Part shown: positions 1 through 19,597 of the stretch, one piece after another | Layout of the letters: every line of letters begins with the position of its first letter | Numbering within the stretch: the first letter of the stretch is position 1 | NCBI RefSeq assembly: GCF_009914755.1 | Contig: NC_060938.1 | DNA length: 64,000 nucleotides | Direction: 5' to 3' (one strand) | DNA from: the human T2T-CHM13v2.0 reference genome, Homo sapiens | Notes under the pieces: model-generated | What the model was told of the DNA's origin: nothing | The model's database searches: none | Seen by the model: the letters and a program-made list of their open reading frames with translations, nothing else | Position numbers and translations under genes: made by a program

Positions 1-490
1 ATCAGTGCAGAGATATGTCACAATGTCCCCTGTAGGCAAATCCTAGGCAAGAGTTACAACACCTTTGTCATCAGTTCAGGGATATGTGAAAACGCACCTG
101 TAGGAAGAGCCTAGAAAAGAGATACATCACCTACTTGATCAGTGTAGAGATATTTCCCAATACCCTCTGTAGGCAGATCCTAGACAAGAGTTGAATCACC
201 TGGGTGATCAGTACAGAGATATTTCACAATGCCCCCTTTGGGCAGACGGTAGACAAGAGTAACATCACCTAGGTGATCAGTGCAGAGATTTGTCAAAATT
301 CCCTGTAGGCAGTGCTTATAAAAGTGTTACGTCACCTAAGTGATCAGTGCAGAGATATCTCACAAAGCTCCTGTAGGAAGAACTTGGATAAATTACATCA
401 CCTGGGCGATCAGTGCAAAGCTATGTCACAAAGCCCCCTGCAAGCAAAGCCTAGACAATAGTTACATCACCTGTTTGATCAGTGGCGAGA
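1..490 (+). repeat. Beta-satellite (68-bp Sau3A/BSR) tandem array, forward orientation
   Basis: About 7 tandem 68-69 bp monomers of the type GATCAGTGCAGAGATATGTCACAATGCCCCTGTAGGCAGAGCCTAGACAAGAGTTACATCACCTGGGT. Confidence 0.97.
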
Positions 491-3400
491 TCTCTCACTG
501 ATCAGTCATGTGATGTAACGCTTTTGTAAGCTGAGCCTAAAGGAGTGTTGTGACAGATATCTCCACTGGTCACCCAAGTGATGTAACAATTTTCTGGGAT
601 TTGTCTACAGGGGGGGTTTGTGACATATCATTGCACTGATCACCAAGGAGATGAAACTCTTGTCTAGGCTCTGCCTGCAGGGGCTTTGTGACATATTTCT
701 TCAGTGTTCCTCCAGGTGATATAACTCTTTTCTAGGCTCCACATACTGGGGGTATTTTGAAGTATCTCTGCACTGATCACCCAGGTGATGTTACATTTAT
801 CTAGGATCTGCCTACAGGGGCGTTTCCACGTGGCTCTGCACAGATCACATAGGTTATGTTACTCTTGTCAAATCTCTGCCTACAGGGGGCATAGTGACAT
901 ATCACTGCATTGATCACCGAGGTGATGTAACTCTTGTCCAGGCTCTGCCTATATGGGGCCTTGTGACATATCTCTGCACTGATCATCTAGGTGATGTAAC
1001 TCCTGCTTATGCTCTGCCTGCAGGGCATTGTGAAATATCTCTGTACTGATCACCCAGGTGATGGGACTCGACTCTAGGCTCTGCCTACTGGGGGCATTGT
1101 CACATATTTCTGCACTGATCACCCAGGTGATGGACTCTTGTCTTGGATTTGCCTATGGGGGCATTGTGACATATCTCTGCACTGATAACCCAGGTGATGT
1201 AACCCTGGTCTCAGCTCTGCCTAAAGGGGCATTGTGACAGATCTCTGCACTGATCACTCAGGTGATGTAACTATTGTCTAGGCTCTGCTTACAGAGGGTA
1301 TTGTGACATATCTCTGCACTGATCACCTAAGTGATGTAACACTTGTGTAGGTTCTGCCTACAGGGGCATTTTGACATATCTCTGCATGTTAACCGGAGTG
1401 ATGTAACTCTTGTCTAGGCTGTGCCCACAGGGGAATTGAGACATATCTCTGCACTGATCCCAATGAGATCCAACTCTTGCCTGGTCTCTGCCTACTGGGG
1501 ACATTGTAACATATCTCTGCACTGATCTCCCAGGTGCTGTAATTTTAATCTAGGCTCTGGCTACATGGCATCGTGACATATCACTGCACTGATCACCCAG
1601 GTGATATAACACTTGTCTAGACTCTGCCTACAGAGGGCCTGTTACATATCTCTGCACTGATCACCCAGGTGATATAACTCTTCTCTTGGATCTGCCTACA
1701 GGGTGCTTTGTGACATATCCGTGCAAAGATCATCCAGGTGATATACCACTTGTCAAGGCTCTGCCTACAGGGGCATTGCGATGTATCTTTGCAATGATCA
1801 CCTAGGTCATGTAACTCTTGTCTAGGCTCTGCCTACAGGGGCATTGTGACATATCTCTGCTCTGAACACCCAGGTGATGTAACTTTTGTATAAGCTCTGC
1901 CTACAGGGTAATTGTGAGAGATCTCGCCACTGATCACACAAGTGATGTAACTATTGTCTAGGCTTTGCCTACAGGGGACTTTCTGACATATATTTGCACT
2001 GATCACCCAGGTGATGTAACTCATATAAGTTCTGCCTACAGGAGCTTTGTGACATATCTCTGCACTGATCACTTAGGTGATGTAACACTTTTATAAGGAC
2101 TGCCTACGGGGAATTTTGACAAATCTCTCCACAGATCACCTAGGTGATGTAACTCTTGTCTACCCTCTGCCCATAGGGAGCATTGTGAAATATCTGTGCA
2201 CAAAATCACCCAGGTGATTCAACTCTTGTCTAGGATCTGCCTACAGGGGGTATTGTGAAATATCTCTGCTCTGATCAACTAGGTGGTGTAACTCTTGTGT
2301 AGACTCTGCCTACAGGGGCGTTCTCACATATCCCTGAACTGATGACAAAGGTGATGTAACTCTTGCCTAGGCTTTGCCTACAGGGGACATTGTGACACTT
2401 ATCTGCACTGATCACTTAGGTGATGCAACTCTTCTCTATGCTCTGCCTACAGGGGGCATTGTGACATATCTCTGCACTGATCACCCAGGTGATGTAACTC
2501 TTTTCTAGTCTCTGCCTACAGAGGGCGTTGTGCCATCACACCACATGGATCACTCAGGTTATGTAACTCTTGTCTAGGCTCTGCCTACAGGGGCATTGGG
2601 CCTTATCTCTGCACTGATCACCCAGGAGATGTTACTCTTGTCTAAGCTCTGCCTATAGGGACATTGGGACAAATATCTGCACTGATCACTGATTTTATGA
2701 AAAACTTGTCTAGGCTTTGCCTACAGTGGGATTTATGACATATCTCTGCACTGATCACCCAGGTGATGTAACTCTTTTCTAGGCTCTGCTTACAGGGGGT
2801 ATTGTGAGATATCTCTGCACTGATCACCCAGGTAGTGTAACCCATGTCTAGGCTCTGCCTACAGGGGCATTTTAAGATATCACTGCACTGATCACCGAGA
2901 TGATGTAACTCTGGTATAGGCTTCGCCGACAGGGGGCATTGAGACATATCTCTGCACTGACCACCGAGGTGATGCAACTCGTGTCTGGGATATGCTTACA
3001 GGGAGCATTGTGACATATCGCTGCCTGATCATCCAGGTGATGTAACTCTTGTCTAGGCTCTGACTACTGGAGACATTGTGATATAGCTCCTCACTGGTCA
3101 ACCAGGTGTTGTCACTTTTGTCAAGGATATGGCTACAGGGATATTGTGACATGTCACTGCACTGATCACACAGTTGATGTAACACTTGTCTAGACTCTGG
3201 CTACAAGGGGTTTGTGACACATCTCTGCACTGATCACCCAGGTGATGTAACCCTTGTCTAGGCTCTGCCAAAACGCGGCATTTTGACATAACTCTGCACT
3301 GATCACCCAGGTGATGGGACTCTTGTCTAGGTTCTGTCTACAGGGGCATTGTGACATAACTCTGCAGTGATCACGCAGGTGATGAAACTCTTGTCTATAT

Positions 3401-4637
3401 CTGCCTACTGGCGGCATTGTGGCATATTTCTGCACTGATCACCCACGTGATGGACTCTTGTCTTGGACCTGCCTATGGGGGCATAGTGACATATCTCTGC
3501 ACTGATCACTTATGTGATGTAACGCTTGTCTAAGTTCCTCCTAAAGGGGAATTGTGACAGATATCTCCACTGATCACGCTGGTGTTGCAAAAATTTTCTG
3601 GGATTTGTCTACAGGGGGCTTTCTGACATGTCTTTGCACTGATCACCCAAGAGATGCAACTCTTGTCCAGGCTCGGCCTACATGGGATTTGTGACATATT
3701 TCTGCACTGATCACCCAGGTGATGTAACTCTTGTCTAGGCTCCACCTTCAGGGGTATTGTGGCTTATCTCTGTACTGATCACTCAGTTGATCTAACATTT
3801 ATCTAGGCTCTGCCTACAGGGGTGTTTTGACATAGCTGTGCACAGATCACTAGGTTATGTAACTCTTGTTCACTCTCTGCCTACAGGGGGCATTGTGAAA
3901 TATCTCTGCACTGATCACCCTGGTGATGGGACTCTTCTCTATACTCTGCCTAGAGGGGTATTTGTGACATATCTCTGCACTGATCACCCAATTGATGTAA
4001 CTCATTCCTAGGTTCAGCCTACAGTAGCGTTTTGACATATCTCTGCACTGATCACCCAGGTGATGTAACCCTTGTCTAAGCTCTGCCTACAGAGGCATTG
4101 TGACAGATCTCTCCACTGCTCACCCAGGTGATGTAACAATTGTCAGGGCTTTGCCTACAGGGGGCTTTGTGATGTAGATTTCCACTGATCAAACAGGTGA
4201 TGTAACCCTTGTCAAGTTTCTGCTTACAGGGGCTTTGTGACATAACTCTGCACTGATCACCCCAGGGAGGAAACACTTGTCTACACTCTGCCTACAGGAG
4301 GCTTTGCAGCTTATCCTTGCACTGATCACTAGGTGATGTAACACTTGTCTAGGCTCTGTCTACACGGGAATTTTCACATATCTCTACACTGATCACCTAA
4401 GTGATGTAACCCTTGTCTAGGTTCAGCCTACTGGGGATTTCTGACATACCTACCCACTGATCACCGAGGTGATGTAAATCATTTCCAGGCTTTTTGTACA
4501 GGGGACATTGTGATATATCTCTGCACTGATCACGGAAATGATGCAAATCTTCTCTAGGCTCTGCAGGGAGGGGGCATTGTGACACATTTCTGAACTGATC
4601 ATCCAGGAGATGTAACTATTCTCCAGGCTTTGACTTA
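491..4637 (-). repeat. Beta-satellite array, reverse orientation
   Basis: Tandem reverse-complement monomers (…GTGACATATCTCTGCACTGATCACCCAGGTGATGTAACTCTTGTCTAGGCTCTGCCTACAGGGGCATT…). Confidence 0.97.
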
Positions 4638-5341
4638 AGAGCGTCGGACGGTGTTGGGAGAGCCTCAGCCAGAGTTTCAGAGATGGACAAGGGCACAGAG
4701 AGGCCAGAGGGCTCCGTTGCACGTCACCCGGGGTGCCCAATGAGTGCAGGTCGAGACAGGAGGCCGGCAAAGAGAGCTAGATGTCTGCGTTCCACCACCG
4801 GGCGCTCCATGGTGGCAGCTGGGAGGCTGCAGGGGCACGGGTAGGCCAGCGATGGCAGTGCAGAGGCGCAGAGGAGTAGAGCTGCCGGATGTGTTTCAGG
4901 CCTGGACGCTGCGCGTGCCCGGTGTTTCGCGGGACGGTGGTATGCACTCAGCCCAGGAGAGGACGCATTTTCTGGGGGTGTGTTGTGGAGGTGGGGAGGG
5001 GCTCGTCAGGCGGGGTAGGGTGGTAGAAAGGCATGAGAGCTCTGTCCGGGCTGCTCCCGCAGCCCAGCCGGCTGCCTGCAAACCCGCCCGTGCACAGTAG
5101 GCGACCCAACTGCTGGTACCTGTTCCGGGTCTGGTATCCCCGGGATGCCCAGGAAATAATGGCAGTTCTCCATTGTGTGGAGCCTCTCACCGGGCCTAGA
5201 CCTAGAAGGCAGGAATCCCATGCTGGTCAGCCCGGTGGAGGGGGCGGGGTGAAGACATGCCCCTCCGTAGCCAGCCAGTTGTTCCCCGTGAAAGAGAGGG
5301 CACTGCCGTGTCCCAACCCGACCCTGTCCCAATCCCTTGTC

Positions 5342-6800
<1,459 letters not shown>

Positions 6801-7407
6801 CTCGGACAGCCCGCCCCACCACGGAAGGTTCCCACGACGTCGAGGCCTGCGGCCAGGGGGGCGGTGGGGTGTGGTGGGTGGGCCTGGTTATGGCGGTGGT
6901 GGGGCTGGAGACAGGAAGAGGAAATGGGCGAAGGGGAAGGGGTGAGGGGGGCGCGTTTCGGGGGCTTGCTCTCCGGACCTCTCCAGGAATCCCGCGGGAA
7001 CTGGAAGCTGCTCTCTGGGCTCCCACACGTCTTCAGCAGGGAGAAACCGGCAAGGGAGGGTGGAGGGGAGTGTGGAACTGAACCTCCGTGGGAGTCTGGA
7101 GTGCTCCAGGCCCTCTCTCCGTGAAGGAGGCAGTGCCTGTTGGTGTCACCGTTGCCGGGACCGTCTCACACACGCAGGCTTGTGGCTCTCTTTCATTTCC
7201 ACGTAGGAGACCAGAGTGAGACCCCAGAGAGAAGATGCCTCCCCGGCGTGATGGCCTAACGATGGATTCCCATGTGCAGCAACATGGGGAGTCTGCAGTG
7301 TGGCCGGTTTGGAAACTAGCAAGGAGAGCGAAGGCACCATGCCGGTCTTCCACCCTTCCCTGCATGTTTCCTGGTGCCCGTAGAGCTCCAGGAGCAAACA
7401 GTCAGCA

Positions 7408-10400
7408 TGACACATCTCCGAACTGATCAACAATGTGATGTAAAACTTGTCTAGGCTTTGCCTACAGGGGACATTGTGACATATCTCTGCACTGATCACC
7501 CAGGTGATGAAACTCTTCTCTATGCTCCGCCTGCAGGGGACATTGTGACATATCTCGCCACTGATCACCCAAGTGATGTAACTATTGTCTTGGCTTTGCC
7601 TACAGGGGGCTTTTTGACATACCTTTGCACAGATCACCCAGGTGATGTACCTCATCTAACTTCTGTCAACAGGAGCTTTGTGTCGTATCTCGGCACTGAT
7701 CACTTAGGTGATGTAAAACTTGTCTAGGCTTTGCCTACAGTGGGATTTATGTCATATCCCTGCACTGATCACCCAGCTGATGTAATTCTTGTCTAGGCTC
7801 TGCTTACAGGGGGTATTGTGAGATATCTCTGCACTGATCACCCAGGTGATAAAACTTGTCTAGGCTCTGCCTACAGGGGCATTTTAATATATCACTGCAC
7901 TGATCACCGAGATGATGTAACTCTTGTATAGGCTTCACCGAGTGGGGTCATTGAGACATATCACTGCACTGATCACCGAGGTGATGCAACTCTTGTCTGG
8001 AATCTGGTTACAGGGGGCATTGTGACATACCTCTGCCCTGATCACCCAGGTGACATAACTCTTGTCTAGGCTCTGCCTACTGGAGACATTGTGACATATC
8101 TCCACACTGATCAGCCAGGTGATGTCACTTGTGTCAAGGATATGGCTACAGGGACATTGTGACATGTCACTGCACTGATCACACAGTTGATGTAACTCTT
8201 GTCTAGGCACTGGCTTCAGGGGTCTAGTGACACATCTCTGCACTGATCACCCAGTTCATGTAACCCTTGTGTAGGCTCTGCCAACAGGCGGCATTGTGAC
8301 ATAACTCTGCATTGATCACCCAGGTGATGGGACTCCTGTCTTGGCTCTGCCTACAGGGGCATTGTGAAATTTCTCTGCAGTGATCACGCAGTTGATGTAA
8401 CTTTTGTCTATATCTGCCTACTGGCGGCATTGTGTCATATTTCTGCACTGATCACCAAGGTGATGTAACTCTGGTCTAAGCTCTGCCAATAGGGGCATTG
8501 TGACAGATCTCTGCACTGATCACCCAGGTGATGCACTCTTGCCTTGGATCTGCCTATGGGACATTGTGACATATCTCTGCACTGATCACCCAGGTGATGT
8601 AACTCTGGTCTAAGCTCTGCCTAAACGGGCATTGTGACAGATCTCTGCACTGATCACTCAGGTGATGTAACTATTGTGTAGGCTCTGATTAAAGGAGCCT
8701 TGTCACATATCTCTGCACTGATCACCCAGGTGATGTAACTCTTGTCTAGGCTCTGCTTAAAGGGGGTATTGTGACATATCTCTGCACTGATCACCTAAGT
8801 GATGTAACACTTGTGTAGGCTCTGCCTACAGGGGCATTTTGACATATCTCTGCACTGTTAACTGAGGTGATGTAACTCTTTTCTAGGCTGTGCCCACAGG
8901 GGGATTGAGACATATCTCTGCACTGATCCCGAGGTGATCCAAATATTGCCTGCTCTCTGCATACTGGGGACATTGTGACATATCTCTGCACAGATCTCCC
9001 ATGTGCTTTAACTTTAGTCTAGGCTCTGACTACAAGACATCGTGACATATCACTGCTCTGATCACCCAGGTGATATAACTCTTGTCTAGGCTCTGCCTAC
9101 AGGGGGCCTGTGACATATCTCTGCCCTGATCACCCAGGTGATATAACTCTTCTCTTCGATCTGCCTACAGAGTGTTATGTGACATATCACTGCAACGATC
9201 ACACAGGTGATATACCACTTGTCAAAGCTCTGCCTACAGCCGCATTGCGATGTATCTCTGCACTGATCACCTAGGTCATGTAACTCTTGTCTAGGCTCTG
9301 CCTACAGTGGCATTGTGACATATCTCTGCAGTGATCATCCAAGTGATGTAACACTTGTCTAGGATCTGCCTAAAGGGACTTTGTGACATAAATCTGCACT
9401 GATCATCCAGGTGATGGGGCTTTTGTCTAGGCTCTGCTTAAGGGGGGCATTGTGACATATTTCTGCACTGATCACCCAGGTGACGGACTCTTGTCTTGGA
9501 TCTGCGTATGGGGGCATTTTGACATATCTCTGCACTGATCACCCAGGTGATGCAACTGTTGTATAAGCTCTGCCTACAGGGAAATTGTGAGAGACCTCTC
9601 CACTGATCATCTAAATGATGTAACTATTGTCTAGGCTTTGCCTACAGGGGGCTTTTGATATACCTTTGCACTGATCACCCAGGTGATATAACTCATCTAA
9701 CTTCTGCCTACAGGAGCTTTGTGACATATATCTGCACTGATCACTTATGTGATGTAACATTTTTATAAGCACTGCCTACAGGGAAAGTTGACAAACCTCT
9801 GCACTGATCACCTATGTGATGTAAATCTTGTCTACCCTCTGCCCAAAGGGTGCATTGTGAAATATCTCTGCACTGATCACCGAGGTGATTCAACTCTTGT
9901 CTAGTATCTGCCTACAGGGGATATTGTGAAATATCTCTACACTGATCAGCTAGGTGATGTAACTGTTTTCTATGCTCGGCCTACAGGTGTGTTTACACAT
10001 ATCCCGATCTGATGACAAAGGTGATGTAACTCTTGCCTAGGCTTCGCCTACAGGGGACATTGTGACATATCTCTGCACTTATCACCCAGGTGATGCAACT
10101 CTTCTGTATGCTCTGCCTACAGGGGGCATTGTGACATATCTCTGCACTGATCACCCAGGTGATGTAACTCTTTTCTAGTCTCTGCCTACAGAGGGCGTTG
10201 TGACATCACTCTGCACGGATCACTCGGGTTATGTAACTCTTGTCTAGGCTCTGCCTATGGGGGCACTGTGACTTACCTCTGCACTGATCACCCAGAAGAT
10301 GTTACTCTTGTCTAAGCTGTGCCTAGAGGGACATTGGGACATATCTCTGCACTGATCGCTGAGGTGATGTAAAACTTCTCTAGGCTTTGCCTACTGTGGG

Positions 10401-13400
10401 ATTTATGACATATCTCTGCACTGATCACCCAGGTAATGTAACTCTTATCTTGGCTCTGCTTACACAGGGTATTGTGAGATATCTCTGCACTGATCACCCA
10501 GGTGATGTAACTCTTGTCTAGGCTCTGCCTACAGGGGCATTTTAACATATCACTGCACTCACCACCGAGATGATGTAACTCTTGTATAGGCTTCGCAGAC
10601 AGGGGGCATTGAGACATATGTCTGCACTGATCACCGAGGTGATGCAACTCTTGTCTGGGATCTGCTTACAGGGGGCATTGTGACATATCTCTGCCCTGAT
10701 CACCCAGGTGATGTAACTCTTGTCTAGGGTCTGCCTACTGGAGACATTGTGACATATCTCCGCACTGATCACCCAGGTGATGTCACTTTTCTCAAGGATA
10801 TGGCTACACGAACATTGTGACATCTCACTGCACTGATCACACAGCTGATGTAACTCTTGTCTATGCTCTGGCTACATGGGGTTTGTGACACATCTCTGCA
10901 GTGATCACCCAGGTGATGTTACCATTGTCTAGGCTCTGCCAAAACGCGGCATTTTGACATAACTCTGCACTGATCACCCAGGTGATGGGACTCTTCTCTA
11001 GGCTCTGCCTACATGGGCATTGTGACATATCTCTGCAGTAATCACGCAGGTGATGTCACTCTTGTGTATATCTGCCTACTGGCGGCATTGTGGCATATTT
11101 CTGCAAAGATCAACCAGGTGATGGACTCTTGTCTTGGATCTGCCTATGGGCCGTAGTGACATATCTCTGCACTGATCACCCATGTGATATAACACTTGTG
11201 TAAGCTGCGCCTAAATGGGAATTGTGACAGATATCTCCAGTGATCACCCAGGTGATGTAACAATTTTCTGGGATTTGTCTACAGGGTGCTTTGTGACATA
11301 TCTTTGCACTGATCACCCAGGAGATGTAACTCTTGTCTAGGCTCGGCCTACAGGGCTTTGTGTCATATTTCTGCACTGATCACCCAGGTTATGTAACTCT
11401 TGTTTAGGCTCTGCCTACAGGGGCTTTGTGATATATCTCTGCACTGATCACCCAGGTTATGTAACTCTTGTCTAGGCTCCACCTACAAGGGATATTGTGA
11501 CATATCTCTGCACTGCTCACTCAGGTGATGTAACTGTTGTCTAGGCTCCACCTACAGGGTGTATTGTGACGTCCCTCTGCACTGATCACCTAGGTGATGT
11601 AACATTTATCCAGTCTCTGCCTACTGGGGCATTTTGACATAGATCTGCACAGATCTCCTAGGTTATGTAACTCTTGTCCCCTCTCTGCCTACAGGGGGCA
11701 TTGTGAAATATCTCTGCACTGATCACCCAGGTGATGGGACTCTTCTCTATACTCTGCCTAGTGGGGGATTTGTGATATATCTCTGCACTGATCACCCAGG
11801 TGATGGAAGTCTTGTCTAGGCTCTGTCTGTGGGGGCATTGTGTCAAATATCTGCACTGATCACCCAGGTGATGTTTCTCTTGTCTAGGCTCTGTCTACAG
11901 GGATTTTTTTGACATATCACTGCGCTGATCACCTAGGTGATATAAGCCTTGTATGGGCGTTGCCTACAGAAGGCTTTGTGACTTATCTATGCAGTGATCT
12001 CTGAGGTGATGCAACTCTTGTCTAGGCACTGCCTACAGAGGACATTCGTACATACCTCTGCACTGATCACCCAGGTTATGTCACTTTTGTCAAGGATATG
12101 GCTACAGGGACATTTTGACATGTCACTGCTCTGATCACACAGCTGATGTAACTCTTGTCTAGGGTCTAGCTACAGGGGGCTTGTGACACATCTCTGAACT
12201 GATCACCCAGGTGATGTAACCCTTGTCTAGGCTCTGCCAAAAGGGGGCATTGTGACATAACTGCACTGATCACCCAGGTGATGGGACACTTCTCTAGGCT
12301 CTGCCTACAGGGGCATTGTGATATATCTCTGCAGTGATCACGCAGGTGATGTAACTCTTGTCTATATCTGCCTACTGGAGGCATTGTGGCATATTTCTGC
12401 ACCGATCTCCCAGGTGATGGACTCTTGTCTTGGATCTGTCTATGGGGCCATAGTGACATATCTCTGCACTGATCACTCAAGTGATGTAACGATTGTCTAT
12501 GCTGCGCCTAAAGGGGAATTGTGACAGATATCTCCACTGATCACCTGGGTGACGTAACAATTTTCTGGGATTTGTCTACAGGAGGTTTTGTGACATATAT
12601 TTGCACTGATCACCCAGGAGATGTAACTCTTGTCTAGTCTCGGCCTACAGGGGCTTTGTGACATATTTCTGCACTGATCACCCAGGTGATGTAACTCTTG
12701 CCTAGGCTCCACCTACTGGGGTATTTTGATGTAACTCTGCACTGATCACCCAGGTGATGTAACATTTATATAGGTTCTGCCTACAGGGGCATTTTGACAT
12801 AGCTCTGCAGAGATCACCTAGGTTGTGTAACTCTGGTCCACTCTCTGCCTAAAGGGGGCATTGTGAAATATTTCTGCACTGATCACCCAGTTGATGTAAG
12901 TCTGGTCTAAGCTCTGCCTAAAGGGGCATTGTGACAGCTCTCTGCACTGATCACTCAGATGATGTAACTATTGTCTAGGCTCTGCTTAAAGGGGCCTTGT
13001 CACATATCTCTGCATTGATCACCCAGGTGATGTTACTCTTTTCTAGGCTCTGCTTACAGGGGATATTGGGACATATCTCTGAACTGATCACCTAAAGGAT
13101 GTAACACTTGTGTAGGCTCTGCCTGCAGGGGCATTGGGAAATATCTCTGCACTGATCACCCAGGTGATGGGACCCTTCTCTAGGCTCTGCTTACTGAGGG
13201 CATTGTCACACATGTCTGCACTTATCACCCAGGTGACGGACTCTTGACCTGGATTTACCTATGGTGGCATTGTGACATATCCCTGCACTGATCACCCATG
13301 TGATGTAACTCTGGTCTAAGCTCTGCCTAAAAGGGCATTGTGACAGATCTCTGCGCTGATCACCTAGGTGATGTAACCCTTGTCTAGGATCTGCTTACAG

Positions 13401-16400
13401 GGGTATTTTGATATATCTCTTCACTGATCACCTAAGTGATGTAACACTTGTGTAGGCTCTGCCTGCAGGTGCATTTTGACATATCTCTGCACTGTTAACC
13501 GAGGTGATGTAACTCTTGTCTAGTCTGTGCCCACAGGGGGACTGAGACATATCTCTGCACTGATCCCAAGGTGATCCAACTCTTGCCTGGTCTCTGCCCA
13601 CTAGGGACATTGTGACTTATCTCTGCACTGATTTCCCAGGTGATGTAACTTTAGTCTAGGCTCTGGCTACACGGCATTGTGACATATCACTGCACTTATC
13701 ACCCAGGTGATATAACTCTTGTTTAAGCTCTGCCTACAGGCGGCTTGTGACATATCCCTGCAATGATCTCCCAGGTGATGTACCACTTGTCAAGGCTCTG
13801 CCTACAGGGGCATTTTGATGTATCTCTTCGCTGATCACCTAGGTCATGTAACTCTTTTCTAGGCTCTGCCTACAGTGGCATTTTGACATATGTCTGCACT
13901 CATCACCCAGGTGATGTAACTCTTTTCTAGTATCTGCCTACAGGGTGCTTTGTGACATATCACTGCAATGATCACCCAGGTGATGTACCACTTGTCAAGG
14001 CTCTGCCTGCAGGGACATTGCGATGTATCTCTGCACTGATCACCTAGGTCATGTAACTCTTGTCTAGGCTCTGCCTACAATGGCATTATGACATATCTCT
14101 GCACTGATCACCCAGGTGATGTAACTCTTGTCAACACTCTGCTTACAGGGGTTATTGTGAGATATCTCTGCACTGATCACCCAGGTGATGTAACTCTTGT
14201 CTGGGCTCTGCCTACAGGGACATTTTAACATATCACTGCACTGATGACCGAGATGATGTAACTCTTGTAAAGGCTCGCCGACAGGGGGAATGGAGACATA
14301 TCTCTGAACTGATCACCGAGGTGATGGAACTCTTGTCTGGGATATGCTTACAGGGGGCATTGTGACACATCTCTGTCCTGATCACCCAGGTGATGTAACT
14401 CTTGTATAGGCTCTGCCTACTGGAGGCCTTGTGACATATCTCTGCACTGATCACCCAGGTGATGTCACTTTTCTCAAGTATATGGCTACAGGTATATTGT
14501 GAAATGTCACTGCACTGATCACACAGCTGATGTAACTCTTGTCTACACTCTGGCTACAGGGGGCTTGTGACACATCTCTGCACTGATCACCAAGGTGATG
14601 TAACCTTTGTCTAGGCTCTACCAAAAGGGGGCATTGTGACATAACTCAGCACTGATCACCCAGGTGATGGGACATTTGTCTAGGCTCTGCCTACAGGGGC
14701 ATTGTGACATATCTCTGCAGTGATCACGCAGGTGATGTCACTCTTGTCTATATCTGCCTACTGGTGGCATTGTGGCATATTTTTGCACTGATCACCCAGG
14801 TGATGGAATCTTGTCTTTGATCTGCCTACGGGGGCGTAGTGACATATCTCTGCACTGATCACTCATGTGATGTAATGCTTGTCTAAGCTGCGCCTAAAGG
14901 GGAATTGTGACAGATACCTCCACTGATCTGCCAGGAGATGTAACGATTTTCTGGGATTTGTCTACAGGGGGCTTTGTGACATATCTTTGCACTGATCACC
15001 CAGGAGATGTAACTCTTGTCTAGGCTCCGCCTACAGGGGCTTTGTGACATGTTTCTGCACTGATCACCCAGGTGATGTAACTCTTGCTTAGGCTCTGCCT
15101 ACAGAGGTTTTGTGACATATTTCTGTACTGATCACCCAGGTGATGTAATTCTTGTCTAGGCTACACCTACAGGGGGTATTGTGACATATCACTGCACTGA
15201 TCACCCAGGTGATGTAACTCTTGTCTAGGCTACACCTACAGGGTGTATTGTGACGTATCTCTGCACTGATCACCCAGGTGATGTAACATTTATCTAGGCT
15301 CTGCCTACAGGGGCGTTTTGACACAGCTCTGCACAGATCACCTAGGTTATGTAACTCTTGTCCACTCTCTGCCTACAGGGGGCATTGTGAAATATCTCTG
15401 CACTGATCACCCAGGTGATGGGACTCTTCTCTATACTCTGACTACAGGGGGATTTGTGACATATCTCTGCACTGATCACCCAGGTGATGGAAGTCTTGTC
15501 TAGGCTCTGTCTATGGGGGCATTGTGTCAAATATCTGCACTGATCACCGACGTGATGTAACTCTTTTCTAGGCTCTGTCTATGGGCGCATTGTGCCAAAT
15601 ATCTGTACTGATCACCCAGGTGTTGTAACTCTTTTCTAGGCTCTGTCTATAGGGATTTTTGGACATATCACTGCACTGATCACCTAGTTGTTGTAAACCT
15701 TGTATGGACTTTGCCTACAGAAGGCTTTGTGACATATCTATGCAATGATCTCTGAGGTGATGCCACTCTTGTCGAGGCACAGCCTACAGGTGCATTGGTA
15801 GATATCTCTGCACTGATCACCCAGGTGATGGACTCTTCTCTTAGATCTGCCTATATGGACATTGTGACACATCTCTGAACTTATCAACCAAGTGATGAAG
15901 CTCTTATCTAGGATCTGCTACAGGGGCTTTGTGACACATCTCTGCACTGATCAACCTGGGGAGGGAACTCTTGTCTACGCCTTGCCTACAGGAGGCTTTA
16001 TGACGTATACCTGCACTGATTACCTAGGTGATGTAACACTTGTCTAGGCTCTGCCTACACGGGAATTCTCACATATCTCTGCACTGATCACCCGGGTGAT
16101 GTAACGCCTGTCTAGGTTCAGCCTACAGGAGCGTTTTGACGTATCTCTGCACTGATCATCCAGGTGATGTAACCCTTGTCTTAGCTCTGCCTACACGGGC
16201 ATTGTGACAGATCTCTCCACTGCTCACCCAGGCGATGTAACCATTGTCTGAGCTTTGCCTACAGGGGGCTTCGTGATGTACATTTCCACTGATCAAACAG
16301 GTGATGTCACCCTTGTCAAGGTTCTGCTTACAGGGGCTTTGTGATGTACATTTCCACTGATCAAACAGGTGATGTCACCCTTGTCAAGGTTCTGCTTACA

Positions 16401-16808
16401 GGGGCTTTGTGACATATCTCTGCACTGATCACTCCAGGGAGGAAACACTTGTCTACACTCTGCCTAAAGGAGGCTTCACGAATTACCCCTGCACTGATCA
16501 CTAGGTTATCTAACACTTCTCTAGGCTCTGTCTACACGGGAATTTTCACATATCTCTACACTGATCACCTAAGTGATGTAACCCTTGTCTAGGTTCAGCC
16601 TACTGGGGATTTCTCACATACCTATGCACTGATCACCGAGGTGATGTAAATCATTTCCAGTCTTTTTGTACAGGGGACATTGTGATATATCTCTGCACTG
16701 ATCACCCAAATGATGCAAATCTTCTCTACGCTCTGTAGGGAAGGGGCATTGTGACATATTTCTGAACTGAACATCCAGGAGATGTAACTATTCTCTGGGC
16801 TTTGACTA
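7408..16808 (-). repeat. Beta-satellite spacer S1 (~9.4 kb)
   Basis: Continuous 68-bp monomers. Confidence 0.97.

Positions 16809-19597
<2,789 letters not shown>

Noticed and set aside
2210-2230. DUX binding sites in the satellite (TGATTCAACTC variant; TGATCAATCA at ~24544)
   Set aside because: Neither matches the 11-bp TAAYYYAATCA or TGATTCAATCA site; the second half-site or the spacing is wrong.
6855-6965. G-quadruplex-prone G-rich tracts upstream of the promoters
   Set aside because: They are real but an expected property of D4Z4-family sequence and add nothing specific here.
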